From: Nitrosopumilus sp. | GTDB taxonomy: Archaea > Thermoproteota > Nitrososphaeria > Nitrososphaerales > Nitrosopumilaceae | Direction: 5' to 3' | DNA length: 64,000 bases | Assembly: GCA_965207075.1 (NCBI GenBank) | Contig: CBDBLO010000002.1 | Coordinates: 128,001-192,000 of the forward strand | Shown here: positions 38,160 to 47,269 of the stretch, piece after piece | Layout of the letters: each line of letters opens with the position of its first letter | Position numbering within the stretch: the first letter of the stretch is position 1 | The notes under the pieces: model-generated | Told to the model about the DNA's origin: nothing | What the model saw: only the letters and a program-made list of their open reading frames with translations | The model's database searches: none | Position numbers and translations under genes: made by a program

Positions 38160-38867
38160 TCACTGCTTGACGGGCCTGAGCGCGACGGTCCTGCCGACCA
38201 GAGCGCCGTCCTCGTCACGCTCGTCCGTGGCGGTAAGGGACACGAGAAACTCGCTCTTGTCTTTTCGCAGCATCCAGATCTTTGCCGTGTCGTGTATCCC
38301 GTTCCTCCAGTTCTCCATGTGGGCGCTTATGTTACCGCGGGAGCGCGGGGCCGTGTGCTCCAGCAGGTTGACGCCTATCACCTCCTCCTTTGTGTATCCC
38401 AGACTGTCAACGTACGTCTGGTTGCAGTCTATGATGATGCCTTTGTAGTTTACCGACCTGTGCAGGATCTCCGGGTGCTCGTATCCCTCCCTTGAAGAGA
38501 CGTCGTACATCTTTCTCATCTCCTCGAGGTGCGCGATCTCCCTTATCGTGGAGTTGCGGCCTATGAGGTTCCTGTTGTCGTCATACAGGCTCGACGCGGC
38601 CAGCATGACCTCGAACTCCTCGCCGGACTTGGTCAGGAGGAATATGTGCCCGGCCGAGTGCGCGTGGGTCTCCTTCCATCTCTCAAAGTTGGCCACCAGA
38701 TCGTCGCGGTACTTTTCGGGCGTGTGGTCAATAAACGACTTGCCGATTACCTCCTCAAGGGGGTACCCCAGCCTCTCCGCATACGTGCGGTTGCAGTCAA
38801 TTATGGTGCCGTTTAGATCAACGGAACGAAACATCTCGGGAATCGACGTTCCAATGCTGCGGCCCAT
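38160..38867 (-). CDS. Stand-alone tandem-PAS protein
   Basis: Two PAS repeats (RSVxxxGxIIDCNxTY...LGY..EEVIG); no output domain. Confidence 0.9.
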   Translation of the reverse strand: MGRSIGTSIPEMFRSVDLNGTIIDCNRTYAERLGYPLEEVIGKSFIDHTPEKYRDDLVANFERWKETHAHSAGHIFLLTKSGEEFEVMLAASSLYDDNRNLIGRNSTIREIAHLEEMRKMYDVSSREGYEHPEILHRSVNYKGIIIDCNQTYVDSLGYTKEEVIGVNLLEHTAPRSRGNISAHMENWRNGIHDTAKIWMLRKDKSEFLVSLTATDERDEDGALVGRTVALRPVKQ

Positions 38868-39174
38868 TGTTAGGGGACAAAACCCGTGTTATATTAAAAT
38901 TTATGAAACAAGGTTGTTCTGACTGGCCCCGAAGGTAGGCCGCTCCCCGCGTGCCTGCCGCAGGCAAAAAGTGTCGTCCGGCGGGGCGTTCTTGGAATAC
39001 CTGCTTGGCCGCAGCTGGAGTCTGAGCGCCGGCGGGGGCCGCCGTACACTATCCTGTCACTGCAACCCGCCTGCACAGGAGGGACGGCGCCGGCCTGCCG
39101 CGCTATAGAGTGGCCCGAAGGTGAAGTCCGGGAGGACTGCAACACCTTATTAACGCAGCAGTGACACGCGGACT

Positions 39175-40371
39175 ATGCCAGACGATGTCCCTGGGCCGGC
39201 AGAAGAGAAGGGGGAGGAGGAAGGCAAAGGGGCCGCGGAACCTGCGGGTTCCGATGCGGAGGAAGACGGTTTTGGGCCGCCCCGCATAATGGTGGGCATC
39301 TTCAACATACCGGAGACGATCAGGACCCTCAGCGGCCTCGGGGTCGCCAAGACGAAGATAAACCCGGCGCAGGGCCTGCTCATGGGCTGGCAGGCCGTCG
39401 TATACCTTGCGTTTGCGGCGTTTCTGGCGTGGATGATAATGGCGTACGTGTCAGTGGACCTGTCCGTGGGTCTGGGCAAGTTCCTGGCCTTCGGGGTGTT
39501 CGGATTCTCGGCCCTGGGCCTGGTGATACTCTATGGATCAAACCTTGTGACCGGGGACTATATGACCGGCGGCCTGGCCATGATGACGCAGCGGTCGCGG
39601 TGGCGCGAGGTGCTCTGGGAGTGGACCATAACGCACGCCGGACACTGGATAGGCGGGTTTGTGATCGCGTGGATGATCGTAATAGGGGCGGCGCAGGCCG
39701 GTCCGATAGGCTCCACAATGATGGAGGTGCTCCAGGATATAGGAACGACAAAGGTGCACGATCTGACGTGGGAGCAGCTCTTCTACAGGGGGATATTTGC
39801 GAACTGGCTGATTGCGATGGGAGTGTGGGGCGCGTTCAGGGCAAAGGACACCGTGGGGCGGCTCCTCCTGATCGGGATACCGGTCTCGATCTTTTTTGCA
39901 ATAGGGTTTGAGCACAGCATCGTCAACCACTTTGCGCTCTCGGCCGGAATCTGGGCCGGGGCGGACTATACGTGGGGGGAGGCGTGGTTCAACAACCTAG
40001 TCCCGGTCACGCTGGGGAACATCATAGGCGCCATGATATTCCAGGGCATGGTATACTGGTACGTGAGCGGCATGCAGGTCTGGGTCGGCCCCGGCAGGTG
40101 GAAAAAGCCGCACGGCACGTACCGCGATCTTGCCAAGGCCGTCAGGGACACGTGGACGCTGATGATATTCTTCGTCGCGATGGCGCCCCTCGCGGCGGGC
40201 GTGCTGTTCCTTTATGTGGTGGAGCCCGCGCTGGGAATCTCGGCCGGGTACGACAACAATGACAACTGGATAGAGCCCGTCGGCATAACGATATACCTGG
40301 TCATAACGGCGCTCGCGGTAAAGTGGACCATGATGCGCAGGTGGCAGTGGTGGAAGGCTCCATCGGAGTGA
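39175..40371 (+). CDS. Formate/nitrite transporter (FNT) family channel with extra C-terminal TM segments
   Basis: GSNLVTGD, GIFANWL, GFEHSIVN, VTLGNIIG. Confidence 0.88.
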   Translation: MPDDVPGPAEEKGEEEGKGAAEPAGSDAEEDGFGPPRIMVGIFNIPETIRTLSGLGVAKTKINPAQGLLMGWQAVVYLAFAAFLAWMIMAYVSVDLSVGLGKFLAFGVFGFSALGLVILYGSNLVTGDYMTGGLAMMTQRSRWREVLWEWTITHAGHWIGGFVIAWMIVIGAAQAGPIGSTMMEVLQDIGTTKVHDLTWEQLFYRGIFANWLIAMGVWGAFRAKDTVGRLLLIGIPVSIFFAIGFEHSIVNHFALSAGIWAGADYTWGEAWFNNLVPVTLGNIIGAMIFQGMVYWYVSGMQVWVGPGRWKKPHGTYRDLAKAVRDTWTLMIFFVAMAPLAAGVLFLYVVEPALGISAGYDNNDNWIEPVGITIYLVITALAVKWTMMRRWQWWKAPSE

Positions 40372-40412
40372 CCGACCCGGCGGGCAGCAGGACGGCCGCG
40401 ACGCGGGCGCCG

Positions 40413-40775
40413 CTACGTCTCCCCGGCCGGCGCGTCGCCGCCTGCCAAGACCTCTTGCAGCGGCTCGATCGGGTTTATGGATGAGGCTCCTCCGATGATG
40501 CGCTCCTGGGCGCCTTGGATGTTCTCGACTATACCGCTTGTGGCCTCGTCTGTCATGCTCTCAAGCTGCATTGCCGACTCGTTGATCCTCTCCTCTACAA
40601 AGCCGGTGGCCTCGCCGCCAAGCTTCTCAACGTCCTCTGCCAGGGACTCGGGCACGGTGGAGACCGTGTTTGGAAACAGCGTGCCCAGCTCGTTGTAGAA
40701 TATCATGCCTCCCAGAATCACAAGCCCGGCCACGATTCCAATCTTTATCAGCATGATACGTGGTTGCCGCGTCAT
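40413..40775 (-). CDS. Hypothetical membrane-anchored protein
   Basis: N-terminal TM helix followed by an acidic helical domain. Confidence 0.7.
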   Translation of the reverse strand: MTRQPRIMLIKIGIVAGLVILGGMIFYNELGTLFPNTVSTVPESLAEDVEKLGGEATGFVEERINESAMQLESMTDEATSGIVENIQGAQERIIGGASSINPIEPLQEVLAGGDAPAGET

Positions 40776-40944
40776 GATATTACGGCCCAGCTAAAAAAGA
40801 TCAGGTATATTGGATAAATTTTCTTTACCAGCGCGGGCAGGGCATGGGCCTGACGGTCCTGCAGTGCGGCATCCTGCACGCGGCTCCGTGCTGGTGTGGC
40901 AGTTCGTAGAAGTGACGTGGGGGGCTTGCACGCAGGGGTACAGG

Positions 40945-41364
40945 TCATCCCAGAAGCCAGTCGATTATCCCCTGGGGATTCGCGGACTCGATGGTTATCT
41001 TGACCGGCCCGAGCGGGGACTCGTCGGACTCGCGGCATATTGCCACGCGGCCAGCAAAGGCGGCCTGCTTGTTGAGGTAGAACCAGACGGAGCCTCCGTT
41101 GGCGTTGTCTGCCAGGTTGCGCCTGTACGCGCTCCTGGATTCCGCCCCCGTGCGGATCGCCTCGCGCACGCGCTCAAGGGAGGATGCGGCCGACGCGTCG
41201 GATACCACTGAGAATCGTTGCCGCCTCGTCTCGCCGTCAAAGACGTTGTTGACTGCCGCCTCCACCTTTGCGGGATCCTCAGACGGGTACACGGGGGCAG
41301 CTGCCCTGAACCTGGCCCTGGGTACGGCCGCAGGGATGACCGCATCATCTGATGTTTTGGACAC
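40945..41364 (-). CDS. UPF0201-like RNA-binding protein
   Basis: YPSEDPAKV, LNKQAAFAG, SPLGPV. Confidence 0.85.
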   Translation of the reverse strand: MSKTSDDAVIPAAVPRARFRAAAPVYPSEDPAKVEAAVNNVFDGETRRQRFSVVSDASAASSLERVREAIRTGAESRSAYRRNLADNANGGSVWFYLNKQAAFAGRVAICRESDESPLGPVKITIESANPQGIIDWLLG

Positions 41365-41448
41365 TGTTCACACCGCCGCCACTGCTACTGCTGCTGCTAC
41401 CGCCGTCAAATATCACTTGCGCCGATCCCGCGCTCAAAATGGCGGGCG

Positions 41449-42060
41449 TCACGCCGCATCGGCGTGCGTCGCATCGGCGTTGCCGCCGTTGCCGCTCTCG
41501 CGCAGCCACATACCTACGACGCGGTACGCCTCCCCGACCAGCTGCTCCTTTGTCAGGCCCGCGTTTGATATGGCATAGTCGGACAGCGCTATGGAGTCGC
41601 TTATCCCCACTGCCATCTCGCGCGTGTCCCTCTCCTCAAAGTGGTCCCGCGTTTGCGGATCGTCGGGCCTCCCCCTCTCCTGCAGAAATCCAAACCGCGT
41701 GCCGGCAGAGGCGTGGACAGCCAGCACCTTTAGCGTGCCAATCTCTGAGAGCGATCTTATCTCGGCATTTGAGCGCACCCCGTCGACCAGTACCACGTCA
41801 GAATCCGACCGCGAGATCCGTGGGCGCACGAGCTCGGCTATGGCGCCAGGCCCGTTCTTTTCGCGCAGCTCCAGCATTATCCTGCCAAGGTTCGAGCGGG
41901 TAGGCTCAAGGTTGCGCCTCTTGGCCTCCTCGCGGACCGCATCTCCCATGTTCACCGTGTCGTACCCGTACAGGGCGCGCAGTCCGTCCGCAATAGTCGA
42001 CTTGCCTGCCCCCGGCATGCCGGTCAGGCACACGATGAGCACCTTCTTCCCCCGGTTCAA
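41449..42060 (-). CDS. UPF0200-like nucleotide kinase (dephospho-CoA kinase-like)
   Basis: TGMPGAGKST, MGDAVR, DGVRS, RGRPDD, RDTRE. Confidence 0.87.
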   Translation of the reverse strand: MNRGKKVLIVCLTGMPGAGKSTIADGLRALYGYDTVNMGDAVREEAKRRNLEPTRSNLGRIMLELREKNGPGAIAELVRPRISRSDSDVVLVDGVRSNAEIRSLSEIGTLKVLAVHASAGTRFGFLQERGRPDDPQTRDHFEERDTREMAVGISDSIALSDYAISNAGLTKEQLVGEAYRVVGMWLRESGNGGNADATHADAA

Positions 42061-42269
42061 CGGCCGGTGTTCACCGCGCTTGCATTATGAAGTTACCTAC
42101 TGATCTTGGCACGCCGGAGCCAGTGCCCCTTCCGGCAGCTTGCACGTCCCGCCGCTCCCGCTGTTTTGCGTCATTGGCCCCCGTCGGGGCGCGTCCTGGC
42201 GTACTGAACATGGGTATTGCTGTTGCTGTTGCTGTTGCTGCTGCCAGAGCGTGCTGCACCGCCACGCCC

Positions 42270-43052
42270 TTACAGGCCCAGCCTCCCAAGCAACCTTGCA
42301 AGGGCGCGCCCGTCCCGCGAGTGCTTGTACTCCCTGAGACTTGCTATCACCTCGTCCTTGGGCGGGGCCCTGCAGATTCTCCGGACCTTTCCTGCCAGGG
42401 GCGGGGAGATGAAGATGGCCTGGGTTATGGACGTGACGTTCGAGGGCCTGCGCGCCGTGCTGGCGCTCTCAAAGTCTATTATGACCGGCCTGTCGCCCCG
42501 CTCTGAGATGATGACGTGCTTTGAGATGCGGACGAGCTCTCCGTGGTCTATGCCGGCCTCGTCAAGCTTGTGGCAGTCAGATATTATCGATCTTGCGGCG
42601 CGCCTGAATCTTGCTGACGTGCCGGCGCCCCGGAGCGCGTCAAGCCAGTCGCCTATTCTCCTGCCGCCGGCGTACTGCATGACAAGAAAGTTCCGGCTGT
42701 AGGAGACCAGCCTAGGCCCCACCCCCGCCGCGTTGGCCGCGCCAAGCAGGGACGCCTCGTCCCTCATGTGCGGCCTCGGCGAGTCAGTCCGCCGCGCCTT
42801 TATGGCAAGGCGCCTGCCGCCCGAATCCCTGCCCAGAATCACTACCCCGACATACCCCTTGCCGAGCACGCGCGTCCTGCTCAGAATCGTGGGGCCCGAA
42901 AACGAGACGGAGTCGATTCCGAGTTTTGAGAGCTCCCGCAGCCGCGCCTTCTTCTGCCGCTGGGTGGCGCGCGGATACCCGAAGACTGCCAGCGCGTCCG
43001 GGTCGCCGGACACGCCGTCAACTGAGACGTACGATCGCCGCATCGGTTGCAA
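42270..43052 (-). CDS. RIO-like Ser/Thr protein kinase
   Basis: LGKGYVGVV, AIK, IDHGEL, IIDFESAS. Confidence 0.87.
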   Translation of the reverse strand: MQPMRRSYVSVDGVSGDPDALAVFGYPRATQRQKKARLRELSKLGIDSVSFSGPTILSRTRVLGKGYVGVVILGRDSGGRRLAIKARRTDSPRPHMRDEASLLGAANAAGVGPRLVSYSRNFLVMQYAGGRRIGDWLDALRGAGTSARFRRAARSIISDCHKLDEAGIDHGELVRISKHVIISERGDRPVIIDFESASTARRPSNVTSITQAIFISPPLAGKVRRICRAPPKDEVIASLREYKHSRDGRALARLLGRLGL

Positions 43053-44436
43053 TCAGCTCCTCGGCCGCGCCCCTGGCCGCCGCGCCCAGATCCGCGGCTC
43101 TCCCAATCCATACCTTTGGCCTGCCCTCCCGCCCCGGCGGTAGCAGCGCGTCGGCGCTTCCCCCCGCGCTCTCCCGGTTCAGGAGGCGCCTTGCGTGCGC
43201 GTCGGCCCTCGTGTCGTCCCACTTTTTGAGCGCCGCCAGCCTTCCCTTGGCGTCCACCCACATCATCTCCGAGCCCCCGAGGTTCTTTCCGATGTACGCG
43301 TCCAAGTTCTCTGACATGGAGAACTCGGGGCCGTACTGCACATACACGGGCGAGATCTCAGTTGCGCCCAGCAGCACGAAGAGGTATCCCCGCCCCTCCC
43401 CGGTCTCGACGTGCGCGCCATGCCTGTGCACGGCAAAGCCGTCCTGTGCCAGCTTTTTTGCAAGCTTTGCAGCGGACTTTTTTGTCTGTCCCCATATCAC
43501 GTCGGGCGCCCTCTTCCTGAACCCGAACCTCACCACCAGCAGGTTGTCCCAGTATCTCCGGGCCACCCTTCTTCCGGACCTCTTGGCGCGGCGCCCGTCA
43601 AAAAAGTCGGCCGAGGGCGCCCTTACAAATGCCCGGCACGCAAGTACGAACCTCACCACGTTCGCGCTGGATATCGCGGCCGCCAAGTTCCTGTTGCCAT
43701 CAATGGGATCGATTATCGATATGATTCCCGTAAACTCCCTTGCCGCCCGGCCTATGACGTGGCCGGGGACCACGTCACGTGCAAACGCCCCTACGACCCC
43801 CTCAAAGCTGCCGTAATGCGAGACCAGAACCTCGGCGACGTACCCGCTAAACCCGTTGGTTGCAACCTGGGCCCCGTACAGCCCGTTTGCCTTTAGAAAG
43901 GACTTGAGAAGCCTGACGTCGTCCCTCATCTTCTTGGTCAGTTTTCTGGTCATGTACCGTACGTGGAATCTGGAGCGATCCGCCGCGCTCTGCCACCGGC
44001 CCTCGTCGACGTCATAGCAAGGCACCACGTTTGCTAGGACGCCCTTCTGAAGCCTGGCCTCCACGTAGGGATGGTCCGAGAACTTGAGGTATGGCGCAAA
44101 GTCCCTGAGGGCGGAGCGCCCCACGTCGATTGCAACGTCCTTGAACCGGTCCTGCTCCGTGCCGCGGTCAAACCTGAGGTAGACGTCGACGTCCATCTCG
44201 GGCTTGGCAAGCCACGTGCCCTTCCTGTAGGAGCCCCCCACCTCCACGTCCAGTATCTCCGGATGCTTTGCGGCCTCCTCGGAGACCAAGCCCAGCACCA
44301 TGTCGGCCAGCCTCTTGGCCCGGGAGGCCTGCGCGTCGGTGGGCCGTGCCGCGTCGCGGGCGTCTGCTATGGCCTTCCTGATGTCGGTTCCCTTCTTTCC
44401 CCCTCTCCCCTTTTTTACGGCCGCCGCCCAGCTCAA
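43018..44436 (-). CDS. cca: CCA-adding tRNA nucleotidyltransferase (class I)
   Basis: GGSYRKGTWL...DVDVY, HPY, SAADRS.FH, GFSGY..E, DPID..RN. Confidence 0.95.
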   Translation of the reverse strand: MSWAAAVKKGRGGKKGTDIRKAIADARDAARPTDAQASRAKRLADMVLGLVSEEAAKHPEILDVEVGGSYRKGTWLAKPEMDVDVYLRFDRGTEQDRFKDVAIDVGRSALRDFAPYLKFSDHPYVEARLQKGVLANVVPCYDVDEGRWQSAADRSRFHVRYMTRKLTKKMRDDVRLLKSFLKANGLYGAQVATNGFSGYVAEVLVSHYGSFEGVVGAFARDVVPGHVIGRAAREFTGIISIIDPIDGNRNLAAAISSANVVRFVLACRAFVRAPSADFFDGRRAKRSGRRVARRYWDNLLVVRFGFRKRAPDVIWGQTKKSAAKLAKKLAQDGFAVHRHGAHVETGEGRGYLFVLLGATEISPVYVQYGPEFSMSENLDAYIGKNLGGSEMMWVDAKGRLAALKKWDDTRADAHARRLLNRESAGGSADALLPPGREGRPKVWIGRAADLGAAARGAAEELIATDAAIVRLS

Positions 44437-45095
44437 TTCTCGACGCCCTCCACCACCGCAAGGTCGCTGTAGACCGGCCCCTGGGGGGTCAGCAGGCTCC
44501 GTTTTAGCTTGAAGTTTTTCACCCTCTGCACCCCAAATGATCTGCCGGCCATCTCCCTCAACTCTTTGGCAATGTCTACCCTCCTTTTAATCCTGAATAT
44601 GGTGCAGTGCGGCCTGAACGGCTTGTCAGGCTTGTATCCCAGGGGGCCCAGCACTCCTGACACCCTCTGCGCCAGATCCTGCAGTTTCGGGCAGCTGGGC
44701 GCCGCACCCGCGGCGGGGGCCGGCCCGCCGTTGTCACCGCGGCCGGCGACGGTGCCACTGGGCCGGCCGCCCCCCTGCGCCGCCGCGGTCGCCGTTATGG
44801 GCGGCGACGGTGACGCCCCCACCCAGACCACCCTGGGCGATCTGGCGTTTGGAAACGCCCCCACCCCGCCTATTCTGACGTCAAAGGCGTCAAACTTGAT
44901 CGAGCCGAGCGCGCCTATGACCCGGCTCTCCGCACCCTCCGGCACCTCCCCAAGGAACTGAAGCGTGATGTGGAGCAGGCCGGCGCCGACCGGCCTTGCG
45001 CCCCCGGGTTCTGCCCGCAGCAGCTCTGACTGCAGGTTCTCAATGGCGCCCGTTATGCCGGGTTCGGTAATCTCCACTGCCACGAACGCCCTCAT
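44433..45095 (-). CDS. thpR: RNA 2',3'-cyclic phosphodiesterase (2H family)
   Basis: MRAFVAV, HITLQFLG, PRVVW, PHCTIFR, GPVYS. Confidence 0.93.
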   Translation of the reverse strand: MRAFVAVEITEPGITGAIENLQSELLRAEPGGARPVGAGLLHITLQFLGEVPEGAESRVIGALGSIKFDAFDVRIGGVGAFPNARSPRVVWVGASPSPPITATAAAQGGGRPSGTVAGRGDNGGPAPAAGAAPSCPKLQDLAQRVSGVLGPLGYKPDKPFRPHCTIFRIKRRVDIAKELREMAGRSFGVQRVKNFKLKRSLLTPQGPVYSDLAVVEGVEN

Positions 45096-45214
45096 GCTGT
45101 TGCCGCGCGCGCCGCGGCTATAAAATGTAGCAGGCAGCCGCGCGCCGCCCGCCCGGAATTCCGATGGGCCGACGGGCCGTGCTGCACCGCGGGCGCGCGC
45201 CTGCACGTGATAAG

Positions 45215-45291
45215 TGGTGGGACCGGCAGGATTTGAACCTGCGACCACTAGCCCCCCAGACTAGTATCATACCAAGCTAGACGACGATCCC
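45215..45291 (-). tRNA. tRNA-Pro(GGG), CCA encoded, no intron
   Basis: Minus strand GGGATCGTCGTCTAGCTTGGTATGATACTAGTCTGGGGGGCTAGTGGTCGCAGGTTCAAATCCTGCCGGTCCCACCA folds as a cloverleaf with anticodon GGG. Confidence 0.96.
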
Positions 45292-45330
45292 TTGCAAAAG
45301 GCCGAAACACGAAATTATTAAACCGTCGTA

Positions 45331-45561
45331 TTGCAGATCACACACATGAGGGTCTGCCGCATCTGCAACAGGATATCGGCGACGGATTCGGACCACACCG
45401 ACTGCGTACAGCAGAGAAGGATAGAGATGGAGGACGAGGGCCTAAAGGAGTCCATACCAGAAAAGCTCGACATGGCAAAAAACCCCGGTGAACTCGGTGT
45501 CGAGATAAAGGCCATTCTGGAGCACCTTGCAAGGGAGAAGGCCGAATCCGAAGAGAAGTGA
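45331..45561 (+). CDS. Small hypothetical protein with CxxC...HxxC motif
   Basis: CRICNR...DHTDC; ATTATTAAA box upstream; start may be ATG 45347-region. Confidence 0.65.
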   Translation: MQITHMRVCRICNRISATDSDHTDCVQQRRIEMEDEGLKESIPEKLDMAKNPGELGVEIKAILEHLAREKAESEEK

Positions 45562-45673
45562 CGCGCGGCCCCTTGCGCGCCGAGGCGCCGGGGAAGGAAG
45601 ACCGTAGTAGAAGACTGCGCTCATCCCTGCGGCCCGGACGCCGGCTGGCGTGCGGGTTCGAAAACAGGCCCTG

Positions 45674-46414
45674 TCAGCGCTCCTGCGTGGTGGGCCTGAT
45701 GAGAATCTCGTTTATGTTGGCGTGCGGCGGAGCCCCGACTGCGTAGACTATTGCGCCTGCAATGTCCTCGGCCCTGAGTGACTCCATCTCCTTTGCCTTT
45801 TTCACAAAGCCGGCAAGCGACTCGTCGGTTATGGTGGAGTTCAGCTCCGTATCCACCACGCCCGGCTCGATGCACGTGACGCGCACGTTAGAGCGCGTGC
45901 TGAACTCCTGCCTGAGGCCCTCGCTTAGCGCCGTCACCGCGTGCTTGGTGGCGCAGTACACGCTGCCGGACGGGAACACGGTCCTGCCGGCCACGGACGA
46001 GACGTTGATTATGTGCCCGGATTTTTTCTCCTTCATGTGGGATATGACCGCCGCCGTGCAGTACAGCACGCCCTTGAGGTTGACGTCGACCATCCTGTCC
46101 CACTCGTCTATCTTCAGGCTCTGAAAGAAGCTCAGCGGCATCAGTCCCGCGTTGTTCACCAGAATGTCAATAGAGCCCCATTTTTCAAGGACGGCCGCGG
46201 CAAACCCCTCGCACTCGGACCGCTGCGTCACGTCAAGTCTCTGGTACATGACGCTGCCCCCCTCCTTCTCTATCACGCCTGCAAGGTCGGCCAGCTTGTC
46301 GGTCCGGCGGGCCCCGATGGCCACCTTGGCGCCCGCCCTTGAGAGGGCAAGCGCGGTGGCAAGTCCGATCCCGCTGCTGGCGCCCGTTACGATGGCGACC
46401 TTGTCCTTTATCAT
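45674..46414 (-). CDS. SDR-family oxidoreductase (YdfG-like)
   Basis: TGASSGIG, NNAG, SSVAG, YCATK, IEPG. Confidence 0.95.
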   Translation of the reverse strand: MIKDKVAIVTGASSGIGLATALALSRAGAKVAIGARRTDKLADLAGVIEKEGGSVMYQRLDVTQRSECEGFAAAVLEKWGSIDILVNNAGLMPLSFFQSLKIDEWDRMVDVNLKGVLYCTAAVISHMKEKKSGHIINVSSVAGRTVFPSGSVYCATKHAVTALSEGLRQEFSTRSNVRVTCIEPGVVDTELNSTITDESLAGFVKKAKEMESLRAEDIAGAIVYAVGAPPHANINEILIRPTTQER

Positions 46415-46472
46415 ACGGGGCCGGCGGGCCGCGGGCGGCTAAAAATCTTTAGAAGTGTCGCCGTCGCGCGCC

Positions 46473-46562
46473 GTTGCAGTCACCGTGTTGCAGTCACCGT
46501 GTTGCAGTCACCGTGTTGCAGTCACCGTGTTGCAGTCACCGTGTTGCAGTCACCGTGTTGCA
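46473..46562. repeat. 14-bp perfect tandem repeat (GTTGCAGTCACCGT) x6 plus GTTGCA
   Basis: Units start at 46473, 46487, 46501, 46515, 46529 and 46543; no spacers. Confidence 0.97.
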
Positions 46563-46663
46563 ACATGTCGTCGTCACCACCGCCGGACGACGTTGGCGCG
46601 CGGCGCGTCCGCGACGCCGCGCTACTAAAACTTGATTAACAGCCACAGCGTCACACAGATGTC

Positions 46664-46885
46664 ATGAACGCGGAGAACTGCGCCTACTGCGGGGACTTGA
46701 CTGACATGCCGTTCCAGTGCAACTACTGCAAGGATCCGTTCTGCGCCGAGCACAGGCTGCCCGAGGAGCACCGCTGCGTAAAGCTCAGCCAGATAAGGGC
46801 AAGGAGGTTCGGGGAGAGGGGCGTGATACGGGACGGCGGCCGCGACAAGCCAAGCGTGTTCAGGCGCATATTCGGACGGTTCTGA
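46664..46885 (+). CDS. AN1-type zinc finger protein
   Basis: CAYC...PFQCNYC...FCAEHRLPEEHRC. Confidence 0.9.
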   Translation: MNAENCAYCGDLTDMPFQCNYCKDPFCAEHRLPEEHRCVKLSQIRARRFGERGVIRDGGRDKPSVFRRIFGRF

Positions 46886-46942
46886 CGGCGGCCGCGGGCA
46901 TGGCGGGCAGCCGCGAACAGGGACGCCGAAGAGGCCCGCCAA

Positions 46943-47227
46943 CTAGTACGGGCTCTTGTCAGGCGATATCCTTGCGCGCTTTCCCTGGTAGATGAGTGCC
47001 GCGGCGAGCGCAAACAGGACGAGCGCGGTCATCGGAAAGTTCTGGGGCGCCGGCAGCACGAACCAGTAGTACGCGCCAAAGCCGATTGAGAGGGCCGCCT
47101 GCGCCCAGAGCTTGGACCACTTCGGGGCGCGCACGAGCCTGGCCAGCCCCTCTATGGCAAGGAGTCCGATCACCGGATATATCGTGTAAAACAGAAAATC
47201 TATCACGTCGACTCCCGTGTGCGACAT
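46943..47227 (-). CDS. Small membrane protein
   Basis: Three hydrophobic segments. Confidence 0.7.
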   Translation of the reverse strand: MSHTGVDVIDFLFYTIYPVIGLLAIEGLARLVRAPKWSKLWAQAALSIGFGAYYWFVLPAPQNFPMTALVLFALAAALIYQGKRARISPDKSPY

Positions 47228-47269
47228 GCAGTACGCTGGGCGCGCTTGTAATTTCTACCTATGTGGCGG

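Noticed and set aside
39060-39140. Guanidine-I (ykkC)-like riboswitch words (ACAGGAGGGAC, AAGTCCGGGAGG) upstream of the FNT gene
   Set aside because: Spacing and 5' core do not fit, and a TATA box at about 39146-39153 lies between these words and the start codon, so they are probably outside the transcript
45215-45291. tRNA-Pro as an integration site for an island
   Set aside because: I found no integrase and no duplicated tRNA 3' end in the window
46473-46562. CRISPR array or ORB-type replication origin
   Set aside because: Units are contiguous with no spacers, only 14 bp long, lack an ORB G-string and AT-rich unwinding element, and no cas or cdc6 gene is in the window
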